From Octopus vulgaris (taxonomy: Eukaryota), in the NCBI GenBank assembly GCA_951406725.2, contig OX597814.1, positions 56,544,001 through 56,608,000 of the forward strand: a stretch of DNA of 64,000 nucleotides, given 5' to 3'. Positions 51,762 through 64,000 of the stretch are shown here, piece after piece. Made by a program: the position numbers and the translations under genes. Below the pieces are notes generated by a model, which saw only the letters and a list, made by a program, of their open reading frames with translations, was not told the DNA's origin and made no database searches. Each line of letters begins with the position of its first letter. Position 1 is the stretch's first letter.

Positions 51762-54700
51762 CAGCAGGCTTCTTTCAGTTTCCATCTACCAAATCCGCTC
51801 ACAAGGCTTTGGTCAGCCTGAGGCTATGATAGAAGACACCTGCCTGAAGTGCCACATAGTGGGACTGAAACTGGAACCATGTAGTTTGGAAGCAAGCTTC
51901 TTTCCACACAGACACACCTGTGCCTATACATATATATATAAAAGTATATGTACATCAAGTGATTATATACTCCACTAGGAACTCATTTATATGACTGTCT
52001 TTCATCCAACCTTTTTTTAGTTTATCTTTTTTAAAGCTCAAACATACAATTGAGCCCATAGTAAACCTCTTGCATTCTTGCTTGACTTGCTGGAAACTGC
52101 TGTCAAATCTCTCATCTTCAAAGCACATACTACTATATTACAAAAAATAGATAAATAAAAAGAAGCGTCAGAACAGATTGGATAACATAGTGCTGGATTA
52201 TTTGAACATTAGTAAAGATTGGATAGTCACCCACTAATGCAATGTCTTTTGATTGTAGATATGCTTCTACAGAGTTCACCAGGAGCTAAACAGCAGTTTA
52301 TACACAAACTTATTCTCTGTTCAGTCTTACATTAATAAAAAAACAAGCAAATAAAAAAACAAACTTAATTGCTTATTTTATATCACAGAACATTTATGGT
52401 TTCATTGAGATTAGGAAGAAAGATAACACAATAGAACAAATGCAGTAACTGAAATCTTGAGTTGTGGAAACAAGTTGTTACAACAGTTCACTTCTTGCTT
52501 AATATATGTTAGTATTAGTTGATGTTGTGGTGGTGATGTTGGTTGGAGGAATATGATTGTAGGATCACAATTGTTGCTTGATGATAACCATATGCATTGC
52601 AATCTTCAACTGAGACACCAACTGTTAAAGTGTTTCATGTTTTCAATGGCCACTGACAGTTGAGTGTTTGTAGCTCAAAGAAATGAGAGTTAAAATAAAC
52701 AACTTCACACTTTAATGCTGCTGCAGACAAAGTTGAAGTATCATCATCATCATTATCATTGTTTTAATGTAGGTCTGTTGCCATTGTTGTTAGTGTAGGT
52801 GGAATTAAGACTTAGTTCAATTTCATAATGGACTATAGGCTAAACACTGCTACTAAGTGGGAAAAAATATATTCCATTATGGGCCAGAGTAAATGCAATA
52901 TGTCTTAGCAAAGAAGTGTGATATATTTACAGAGAAAAAGAGAGATAGAGAGGGAAGGCAATACATAATCAGTGTCATCAGCATAAGTTTCTTAGTTCTT
53001 TTCCCTCTGCCTGACAGTTTTCACCTCTCACTTGCAATGCTTTCTACTGCAATAATATACTTGCTTTAAAAAAAAATTCCAAATCCAAAGGCAGTGATGT
53101 CACAGTGCTAATTACATCTTGAGGTCCTGAGTGATTGTTTAAGTATTTCAAATATCATGTAACAAACAATAGAAAGCTTTTTTTCATATGACTTCCAATA
53201 TATATTAATACTTCTCCGCATTTATCTTTGAGCTACACTTTGATATTTGTTTGTCACTTTAACAGGTCCCATTGATTTCTGATTGAAGAACTGTGAAGTT
53301 TGTGTTTTTTGATACAGCAATATTCTGCTCTTCCTAATACCTATTGTGTTTTCAGAAATGTTTTTATTTTTGGTTTAGTTGGGGAAAGTTAGGGTAGCAC
53401 TCAGAAACTTTTGTAGAGTGTTTGGGGTTGGTGTGAAAAAATAGGTTGGCCTAAATGCATGTAGTAGCAGGAACCCTGTTCAACATACTCAAAGGTTAAA
53501 TGACAATGTTAAATCAACTGACAGATTAATTCTACCACTCAAGAACACGTACACTCTATCTGACTGGTTACTGCATAGTTATTGTCTGTCCAGTTTCATT
53601 TGTAAGGCTTGTGCTGACCCAAAGCTATGGTAGAAGGCACTTGTCCAAGATGCTAAGCAGTAGGTTTTTAAATCCTGAATCACAGAACTACAAAGCAAAC
53701 TCTTTAACATTGCAGCCACTCCTACATCGATAATTTATATAATTTTGAATATTATCTCCACTTTAATATCTTGCCTTTCTTTCCTTTGAATAAGGTAGTG
53801 GTGAAAACAGAAACCTGCAGCTATGATGTGGGTGGCCAGTTGGCAGAAACAGTTAGCTGCTGAATTAATTATGTAATTGTGTTTTATTCTGTCTATATAC
53901 ACTGAATTCAAATCCTGTTGGAGTTAACTTTGCCGTCATCATTCCACATTTGCAAAATAGTACCAGCTGTCTACTGGAGTTAATCTGATTGATTCATTCT
54001 GCTATCTCTACAAAATAGGACTTGTGTTTCAGTTCTGATATCCATATAGCTAGAGTATTCTGTTACTAGCTTATGAATCTATTGTTGATATCTATTGTGA
54101 GTATTTCACTTTATCTGTGGTTAAAACAATATATGATATGCCTCAGCTCATTGCACTATAATGAATAGGTGTTACATCTGGGGGAGCTACAATTGACTAA
54201 TGTGCTAACCAGTGGGTAAATGTTTTAATTGCTTATTGAAACAGAAACCAAAATATGGTGTTACTCCCATAGTTCTTTACATGTGATAAACCATTTTGTA
54301 AATGTTTTTTTAGAGATTAACATAACTAAAGTAATGACAATAAATGATGATGAAGAGTTACTACATTGGCTTGGGGAGTTAAAAGTACATAGATGATTGA
54401 ACCAATACTGCTAAGTAATCTTGTATACACTAAACAGATGATCAGCTAAATAGAGCCTTGACATGATGTGAATTCAGAATGTAAAGGGGAGCTAATTATT
54501 TAATTGTATGATGCCTACAATTATAGATCTGTATAATTTATCAAAATGTAATCATTTTGTAATACTCATATCAGTGTCCAAAATTTGGTTGAACAGGTCT
54601 TTTGTTCCCTATCTTTTCATGCTTTTGGTCTTGTGTCACCTTGTCAATGAGTCTGTTTTCTTCCTTAAAAGTCTGTTCTATTTCATTTCCAGTTTCTCTC

Positions 54701-56437
54701 AATCTGCCCATACCTTGATTACCTTTCAGTTTAAACTTACTGCGTTATTTTTCTCCTTGCATATAGTAGCAGTGATGTATGTAGCAGGGGAACTGACATG
54801 TCTCACTGCTATAAGCACCTCTGCCTGTACAAGTAGCAGGTCTTGAAATTTCTCTTATCACTCTTAAACTGCTGTCACTTGCTACACCTTCTCAGCACTT
54901 TTTACGGCATCCAGGTACAACTTACCTGCCTACTACTTTCCACAAGTCATCAGAACAGTTTATTGTCTTCATGGTTGCTCATGCTGTTAGCTATGCTAGT
55001 GCTAAAGTTCATATTCTTTGTCAATCTGCCAGAGATTCCCTGTCAGTCTGCCACTACAACGTTTGTGCACTCATTGTTTTGTACTGACTTCACAGCATAG
55101 AGTTCTTTTCTAGGTTTGAAAATAAAAAAAAACCTGCTGAGATTTTCTGGTCTTTGCTACTAACTGGTAGCAAGTACTTACTTCAAATTTAGGTCTTTTC
55201 ACTTTCATTCTTGTTTCAAATTTCATTTGTAATAAGTTATTCAGTCGAATATCATAACCAGTGTACAGAATTTCCTCTCATGGTTATCCAATCGACTCTA
55301 GTTGAATTACCTCAGATATTTGAATGAAGGGAAGTAGGATGTGCTATGCACTTAACATATTCCATTTGTGCAATAAATTCTTTAAGTTTAACCCTTTAGC
55401 ATTCATTTAGATTACTCTATCAACTGTAATGCTTATTTATTTATTGTTTTGAATTAATTATGCATTATCTCACAGCTCCAAGATTTCAGTGATGTGATAG
55501 CTTAGTTTTAGAATAACATTGTAGGGTAAGTGTGAGAAGTTGAATCTGTCAAATTTGAACATAAAACAAGTAGAATATTTGGGTCTGAAGTAGCTGGCTT
55601 AAATGTTAAAGACCATGCTGGAGCACTGCCATGAAAGGTTTTAGTCAAACAAATTAACCCCAGGACTTCTATTTTTTAGCCTAGTACTTATTCTATCAGT
55701 CTCTTTTGCTGAATCACTAAGTTACGGGGATGTAAACACACTAGCACTGGTTGTCAAGCAGTGGTAGGGGACAAAGACACACAAGCACACACACATAGAT
55801 ATTATACATAAATATATACAATGGGCTTCTTTCAATTTCTGTCTACCAAATCCACTCACAAGGCTTCATTCGGTCTGAAGCTATATTAGAAGACACCCTA
55901 GGTTCCATGCAGGGGGACTGAATCTGAAACCTTGTGGTTGGCAAGTAAGCTTTTTACCACACAACCACACTTGCACTTGATTCTTTAAAATTTTTTCCCC
56001 AAATGCTGTACTGGCTATTGAATGGTATGCTGTGAACTAAGTAGTTATTAATATATAGGACTAGCTGAAACTGTTAACATATCTAGTATGGCAGCTTTAG
56101 CATGGGATATGATATCATAATTTAACCTTTTAGCTTTTAAATCAGACATATCGGACCCAAATATTCAAACAAAACTTATTGTTAAGTGAGTGAGATCTGG
56201 CCTCTCTTACCTACACTACAGTGTCATTCTAAAAATAAGCAATCACATTATTGAAATGTTGAAGGTACAAGATAAAGCAATATTAATAAAAAAAATATGA
56301 ATATATAATCATTACATTTGTCAGAATAATCTGAATGCTAAAGAGTTAAAGTTATCTTTCTGTTTATTTAGTAAGGAAATGGAAGAAGGTAACTGATAGT
56401 CAAGTAGAAAGGTAGATAGTCTCTTTTTGCTCTACAC

Positions 56438-56778
56438 CAGTGGTTCTCAACTGGGATCCATATGGTCCCTGAGGGCTCATGTAAGATTTTTGTGGGTCCA
56501 CACAACAAAATAGTAAATTGGGGATCCACAATAGTATTTTAAGGGCCCCTGAAAAAATTTTGCTTTTGATGTATGTATTGCAAGAAACAGCTAGGTTTCT
56601 TTCTCTAACATTTTACATGGTTCACCCTACACAAGTTAATGTGGGAAAACAATAAATAACATTCTATAAAACTAGTTTTTAAACTAGTGATGGGAGTCCA
56701 CCAGAATGGGGATGGGGGTCCACCATAATAAAATAGCAATCAAAGGGGTCCATAGATAAAAATGGTTGAAAACTCCTG
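56438..56778. mobile_element. hAT/Charlie-type MITE with perfect 8-bp TSD
   Basis: TIRs cagtggttctcaac / gttgaaaactcctg. TSD CTCTACAC at 56430-56437 and 56779-56786. Confidence 0.9.
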
Positions 56779-57542
56779 CTCTACACAGTCACTGATAGAA
56801 TATTCAGGTAGGTGGCGTTGGCAACTAAATGATGTGTATAAAAAATCTAAATCAATTGAAATTTTCTTCTTAATCTTTTATCTTTTATTTGCTTCAGCCA
56901 TTGGCCCATGGCCATGCTGGGGCACCTCCTTGAAGGGTTTCATTTGAATGATTCAACCAAAGTACTTACATTTTTTTTAAAGCCGGATACTTATTCGATT
57001 GTTCATCTTATGCTACACTGTCGAGGAATATAAACAAGCCAGTACTAGTTGTCAGTTTTGGTACAAACACAAGACACATATGCATGACAGGTCTTTTTAA
57101 CTTCTCTCTACCAAATCCACTCACAAGCCTTTGGTCAGCCTGGAGCTGTAGCAGAAGATACTTGCCCTAGGTGCAATGCAGTGGGACTAAACTATGTGAT
57201 TTGGAAGTAAACTGTGAAAAGAAAGCACAAAATTAGTGACAGTTACTCTTTTCTTTTTTGGATTCAGTTGCTGATGATTCTGGAAGAAAAGAGGAGATAA
57301 TTAGAAGAAATTAAGAATTAATTTCACAAAAAGAAAAACAAATGATTATCATGATTAGTTGTAAATATGATCTTTGTTAGTAGACCAGGTAACAACTGTG
57401 GACATGTTTTGGTGTTATTAGACCATATCTTTCCCAAGTCTACTGTATAATATTGACTCATCTACATTTGCCTATAAATAGCCTTTGTGTTAATTAAAGA
57501 GTATAGTTCAGACAGGAAATTAAGACCTATATCTGTGTTTGC

Positions 57543-57599
<57 letters not shown>

Positions 57600-57804
57600 C
57601 GGCACTTTTCAATGAAGGCCCCTGTTAGTGTATGTTTTTCATTCATGTGTGTTAACTACTGCATTAGAGCAATTTAGCTCTTATTTCTAGCAATGTAAAG
57701 TTTCATAACACCCTAGTCACATTTAGTGACATTTGTAATTCTCCTTTTTGGTGGAACATTGCAAAATGCTGTTTATATTAATTTATATATATACACACAC
57801 ACAC

Positions 57805-58187
57805 ACCTTTCAAGTGTTGGGCCTCATGGAGGCAAAGTGGATGAGTTCCTTTTGAGCATTGGGCCTCACGGAGGCAAAGTGGTTGAGTTCCTTTCGAGTG
57901 TTGGGCTACTCGGATGCAATGACTGAGACCTTTGGCATTATGTTGTGCATAAGAAGAAGGCCCATCAAGCCAAGCAAAATTGCAGTCATGGCAGATACTG
58001 GTGTCACACAAATGGTACCTGTGCTGGTGGCACATAAAAGCATACATTACACTCTGGTTGGTATTAGGAAAAGCATCCAGCCATAGAAAACCATGCCAAA
58101 TCAGACTGGAGTCTGGTGCAGCCTTCCAGCTTACCAGCCCTGTTCAAACTGTCCAGCCCATGGACAACAGATGTTAAATGATGATGA
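57805..58187 (+). mobile_element. RTE-related 3' fragment with ~41-bp tandem units
   Basis: gtgttgggcctcatggaggcaaagtggatgagttcctt repeated about 2.5 times, then the standard RTE-like tail. Confidence 0.7.
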
Positions 58188-58459
58188 AGCTGTATCCAGA
58201 CTGAATGAATCAGACAGTGTTGCAGTTCTATGTTGTGGAGTATTTTTGTGGGTCCTTTTTATTTGATGGGGGTGGGGGCTGCCAGAGTGTAGAACAGTGT
58301 CCCTAGCCCTTTTATTTTCTAGGGTTCATTATGCATGCAGTGTCAGGGATCTGACGATTAATGTTTGCATCAGTAAGAGACTGCTCTTTTGTACATTCTA
58401 GAAGAGGGTTTTTCACTGAACATACTTATTCATATATCTTACAGCATGAAGAGAATTGA

Positions 58460-59250
58460 TATATAAATATTACAGAATCAATTAAAGTGAATTAAAAGCG
58501 CCATTAAGAACAGATCATTAAACTCTGACAGGTTATTACAATGCAGTAAATCAAGTTGGATCACCTGGCATAAATAGACTTGGATGTATAAGCGGAGAAT
58601 GTTTTTTATTATTGTACAGAATCTACTTTTCATTGCAAGTCACGATACGGTCGAGAAATGGATCGTTCTGATTATGAAGTGACAAGCAAGTTTCATATCG
58701 GTGCATTTTCTGATTTTCATTCAAATCGTATGGTACTCATTTGCCGAGCTTTTCTGATTTTTCAATAGCATGCAAATGGTTGCAGGTAGTTATCTGGCTA
58801 ACTTGAAGTTCTTTTGCCAGTTCTCAAATAATTTTACATGGATCTTTTAATGACAGTCTTTAATCGACCATCATTGATGACAGATGGGCATCCACTATAC
58901 TCACAATCTTCAGGGCTCAGGTCGCCACTGTGTAATCATTTGAACCATTTTTGAGCTGACCACTCACTGGTCATTTCCTCACCAAATGTTTCATTCATAT
59001 TGCAAGCAGTTTCAGCTGCTTTACGTCTGTTTTTGAAGTTGAATAGCAAAATTGCTTGAATATTGTGGCTTTGACAGTTCCATTTCAGATGATTGTAACA
59101 CTGGCAAAAAATATCAATGTTAATTTATTGATGCATTTGGCCAAGTCTGTCTATATTATCAAACATCTGCAAAAAAGGTTTAAAAAAAATTCAAAACTCA
59201 GCAAAAATCATGATGTTCAAAATGTTGCTTACTTTTTACTCAACCTGATA
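58460..59250 (-). mobile_element. Mariner (DD34D, Mos1/SETMAR-like) transposon, internally deleted
   Basis: IQAILLFNFK.RRKAAETA.N.NETFGEE..SE.SAQKWFK...GDLS.ED...SG.P and FLDRIVTCNEK*ILYNN. TIR-like tatcaggttgagtaaaaagtaagc on the minus strand at about 59227-59250. Confidence 0.8.
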
Positions 59251-59304
59251 CACATATATAATCAGAATCATTTAACGTCTGTCTTCCTTGCTGACATGGG
59301 CTGG

Positions 59305-59462
59305 ACTCTCTCGCTCTCATTCTCTCTTGTTCTCATTCTCTCTCGCTCTCATTCTCTCTTGTTCTCATTCTCTCTCGCTCTCATTCTCTCTTGCTCTCAT
59401 TCTCTCTCGCTCTCATTCTCTCTCGCTCTCATTCTCTCTCGCTCTCATTCTCACTCTCTCGT
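59305..59462. repeat. 16-bp pyrimidine-rich minisatellite (ctctcattctctctcg)n
   Basis: About 10 degenerate units. Confidence 0.9.
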
Positions 59463-60174
59463 GCTTCAGTTTCTGATTTCCTTCTTTATCTCCCCACTTA
59501 CTGCTCCACTTTCTCTTCATTTATTGCCATATCTACCCCTTTATCACTTCTATTGTCTTTTTCACTGGTTTATATGTCTTTTGTTGAGGTATTTCTGGCA
59601 GTGTTGCTATGGTAAATATGTTTGAAATCATCTGCTCTGATTGAATAATTAGTTTGTTGTTGATTAATTGATGCTTGAAGACATGTTGGTGTTAGTGAGG
59701 TTGAATAACTTAGTTTACTGGCAGATGTTTGTAGTCTGTTGGCTTGTGCATCTAATATCATCATTGTTGTGTTTTCATCCACTTTTTCATGCTTGCATGA
59801 GTTGGATGGAATTTTGTTGAGGTGGAATTTCTAACCTGGATGCCCTTCCTTCCTGTCAGCTTGATTCTAAGCATGGTAATATTTCTTCATGACTAAGCAA
59901 GTTTCCATGGAAGGTTGGAAATAGAGAACACTACTTGCATAATAGTGACATTTGTTTACAGCTATCATGTGATGTCAAAGCAAGGAGACAGTAGCACATG
60001 CATGCACACAAGCACACACATACACGCCAGTCATCTTTCATTTTCACCCACAAGGCCTTAGTCCAAGGCTATTGTAGAAAACACTTGGCCAAGATTTCAT
60101 GCAGTGAGATTGAATCCAGAACTATGTGATTGGGAAACAAACTTCTTAACCACACTGCCATGCCTGCACCTAAA

Positions 60175-60218
<44 letters not shown>

Positions 60219-61476
60219 GTTTGTGTGGCCTAGTGGCTAGGGTGTTGCAAGATCATGGTTTTGATTCCTGGACTGGGTGGTGTGTTATGTTCTTGAGCAA
60301 AACACTTCATCTCACATTGCTCTGTGATCTCTTCGACAGTCCATATGAGCATGGAAAACTGGATGTTAAAATGGTGATGATGTCTTCCAGATATTGCTCA
60401 CTAAGATTTCGTAAATTACCTGGCAATTTTTGCACTCAATTGCTGCTTTAATTAATTGTCAGTCGACTAGAATTAGCAGCTCAAACTCCTTCCTTGAAAT
60501 CACTGTGTTAAAAGTTGCTCATTCTTTGAAAACATCATTGATGATGTTTTGTGCATAAATGTACTAAGTTGTCTGTGACAGTAATTTTTTTTTGTTTTTT
60601 GCACATTTTACTTAATCAATCAATATAAATGGACAGAGATGGATAGAGTTTATTGTTCTTAATTAGTTGCAACCATATAGGTCAATTATCATTTTATGCC
60701 CATTTTACCATGAGTTAGATGGACTTCATAATGTCTCACCACCCACCTATGTTCTTCTTGTCACCCACTGTAATCCTTTGTCTTGCCACTTGTTATGATC
60801 CATTGTTACCTAGGATACAACAACAGAAAAAGAAAATCCTACTCCAATGTGGATATCTTACAGCACAAACAGTGAATATTGGATAGTATAGATAATCAGG
60901 GAAATTGTTCATACACTGAAATGTGTATACCTGAATCTAGACATGCACACATAAACATGGTTATGTGTTCATCAACATTCTACATACTGCATGTAACAGG
61001 CACAAGCATGGCTGTGTGGTAAGAAGCTTACTTTGCAACCACATGATTCTGGGTTCAGTCTCATTGCATGGTGCCCTGATCAGGTGTCTTCTACACTAGC
61101 CTTGGGCTGACCAAAGCCTTGTGAGTAGATTTTGTAGACAGAAATTAAAAGAAGTCAGTCATGTGTATGTATATAATCATCATCATCACTGAGCATCTGC
61201 TTTTCATTCTAGCATGGAATAGATGGTATGACTGGAACTGATAAACTGGAGAGTTGTACCAGGTTCCAGTCTGATTTATCTTCCTAGCACCAACCAATTC
61301 AAGAGTGTAGTGGGTGCCATTAGTAGCTGATGAGAATGTATTGTAGCTCTTTGCTCCGACATTTGAAACTCCAAGTACTATAATGTCAAACTGTCAGTGT
61401 TTGTTCTAAATTATAACATATATAAATAATCTTCTATTTAATATCGAGGTCTCATTCTTTTGTTGGTACTTTTTAT

Positions 61477-61515
<39 letters not shown>

Positions 61516-64000
61516 TTGTGTGTTGTCTATATATGTTTGTGTATATATACCTGTGTATGTATGTATATATGTGTGTGTTATGTTTGTGTGTCTGTCCTTG
61601 TCCCCCACCATTGCTTGATCACCGATGGTGATGTGTTTATGTCCCTGTAACTTACAGAGAATAAGTCCTGGGCTCGATTTGTTTGAGTAAAGGCAGTACT
61701 CCAGATGGACGCAGTCAAATGACTGAAACAAGTAAAAGAATAAAAGAATATATATACATTTGTGTGTGTATATATTTATATATATAACCTATGCCATATT
61801 AATTTAGTATTAGAATTCTTCAAGTTGTATTAAAATAGTTATTGTCTGCATCATTTGAAATAAATAAATTCTGCATAAGGTGTAAAAGATAAAAATAATT
61901 TGTATGGTGTTAGTAACAAAATATTTTTAAGAAATAGAACTTTTATCATCAGTCTTAAATTTATTTTCACCAGTGTAGTTGTGTGTGTGTCTGATTGTGT
62001 GTCCCCCTTGTACCCCAATGCTTTAGAACCTGTATTGGTGAGTTTATGTCCATGTAACCTAAATGGCCTGGGAAAAGTACTTGACTTAATAAAGAAAATA
62101 AGCCTTGTTGTCAATTTGTTTGACTAAATTCCTTTGAGGCTGTGTCCCAACATGGCCATGGTCAAATTACCTTGATCAACAGGTAAAAGACACCATTTCT
62201 CTTTGAAACTTTGCAACTTCTCAAGTGTTCTAAATCCCACTATCTTATTAACCCTTTCATTACCAAATTCCTTTTAAAATCCACAGACTTTGTTTTAATT
62301 AATCCTTGTAATAATGAAGAATTTAGTAAAATAACTTCACCATTAATAAACTGGAGTTTGGAAAATAAGTTAGTATGAAATGTTTATGGAAGTTTTTAAC
62401 TGAGTTCACTTCAAACTAGTACGTTTGTATCATAGATCTATGGGTGGTCTTGGACAGTTAGGTATCAAAATGCTCAAGTGGGAACTACTTGATATTTATG
62501 ATACTTAATTTTGGGTTTTATTATCTGGGTTCAAACTTTGCTTATTATTCTTTCTGAGTCAATAAGAACAACACCAGTAATCAATGCCAAGATACTTTAC
62601 TTGATTGTGGAAAGCTGCATACATTGCTTTTACAAATAAATCCTTGTATTTAGGCCAAAGAAACCATGATGCTTCCATACAGTGGTTTACTTAAGTGAAT
62701 GGTGCAAAATATACTTTACAGTAACACTTTATTAATGTTTCTTTGAGAATTATTAGACCAAATAAAGAATGCTGCATAATTTTCTGCCAGTGATAAACAA
62801 TTTATAAACCACATAATTCAATATATTTAATGATGACAGCGTGTTTGAAAATCTTAGAATTTTTCAACCAATTTCAACATTTACCCTAAGTACGACTGGT
62901 AACAATATCAGTGAACAAACAATTGGTTTCATGTACTCCTGTGCATGCTATTTGATCATGCTATTTGATTGATTGTCAGACCAAACAGAAGTTATATTGT
63001 TGTAGTTTATAAGTCAAGTAATCTGATAGTTCAATCACCTCATTGTTTTGTATTTAACTTAGACACATAATCCATCATTACCTTTATTCAGTGCTATTGT
63101 TCTGTTGTGAATCTGTGTATTTCTTTCTGGGTTTGTTTGATTTCTACCTCACTTTTTCTTTTCATTTTGAACTACATTGGTTCTTAATTAAAGTCATTTA
63201 CTCTACTATCAAAGTGTGGCTATCTCTGAGGATAGATTTCTTATTTCTCTTTTAACTATTTTTGTATGATCTGACCTAATAACATAAAACATTTAAGTAC
63301 CAGTTTCTGAAAGCTTCTTGGGATTAATTTTTTTTGTAACAGGATTCCTTATATTTTCTCATATTGCTCTACAGAAGCCCCAGTGTTTTTGTTTTAAAAA
63401 GATCTGTTCAGTTTCCTAAAAAAAAATTTTTTTTTTTTTGAGATTTGAAAAATTTTTTGGTAGGATTTTAAATAAAAACATTTCTATATCTTGTAAAATA
63501 CTTTTCCTTTTCAGTTTAGAAGCATTGATTGGCTTTGTCTATATAAGGTCACATATAATTTGGGATAATTGTAGTGTCTATTTTATTAGTTAACTTGACT
63601 AAGGATAACAGAATTGTGTCCTGGTTTAAGTCATTGCAAGAAGAAAAAGTTGAACTTACTACTACCTCTGAGTTGGCATTGCATCTCTTTAGCCACTTGA
63701 TCAATATAATGTAAAGTAAGCTGTGTAACTCTGACATGAATTGGTAGATGGCTATGTGTTTGACTTATTTATATAAACAGAAACCATAAATGTATATCTG
63801 AAAGGCATAGACTTAGCTTTATTTTTTATTTTTATCCAGAAAATATGTGATAAATTTGCCTTTGGTGAGGGTACTTATCTGTTGGTGATAATGTCATCCT
63901 CCAACGATCTTTCCTTCATCTAAGTGATGGGAGAAAAGCAGATTGAAATATTTTTCTCATAGCTCTAACCCTTTAGCATTCAAACTGGCCATATCCAACC

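Larger units (their letters stand above)
37666..64000 (+). other. Intron 1 of the OSR1/SPAK-like gene (>26 kb, extends past the window)
   Basis: No exon encoding the expected xGATAVV..A.C...E.CAIKRINLEK was found by eye downstream. Confidence 0.7.

Noticed and set aside
52600-52670. Imperfect hairpin (acaccaactgtta / tgacagttgagtgt) as an intronic miRNA
   Set aside because: The stem is short and bulged with a large loop, compatible with chance.
53795-53850. Possible kinase exon 2 (ag|GT AGT GGT = G-S-G after a pyrimidine tract)
   Set aside because: It continues ENRNLQ rather than ATAVV..A and runs into a SINE head.
59056-59625. 189-aa ORF
   Set aside because: It is a composite of a mariner end, a 16-bp minisatellite and low-complexity sequence.

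Overview
This is AT-rich, repeat-saturated eukaryotic DNA. Its SINE/LINE repertoire and extreme microsatellite density look like an octopus (coleoid cephalopod) genome; that assignment comes from recognition, not a search. Only one host coding exon is supportable: 37611-37665 (+), MADKWPNTKDAFELRDVI-G|gtaagt, the first coding exon of an OSR1/SPAK/Fray-type STE20 kinase. No exon 2 was found, so 37666-64000 is intron 1. The rest is decayed transposons and simple repeats. These include Tx1/L1, RTE, R4/Dong-type RLE and CR1-like LINEs, a Penelope GIY-YIG remnant, a Gypsy fragment, Tc1/mariner and Chapaev3-like transposase relics, hAT and TTAA-type MITEs, and several tRNA-derived SINE families. The most notable unexplained signals are: (i) short non-autonomous elements and long fold-back palindromes carrying minimal hammerhead-ribozyme-like cores, including a tRNA-headed SINE with such a tail; (ii) recurrent local fold-back and inverted duplications; (iii) a perfect 12-bp hairpin 5 nt upstream of the kinase ATG; (iv) a CpG-depletion domain at about 12-36 kb that hints at an unannotated divergent transcript. 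Most ORFs in the supplied track are microsatellite or antisense-TE artefacts. Boundaries of decayed repeats are approximate and all identities are estimated by eye.
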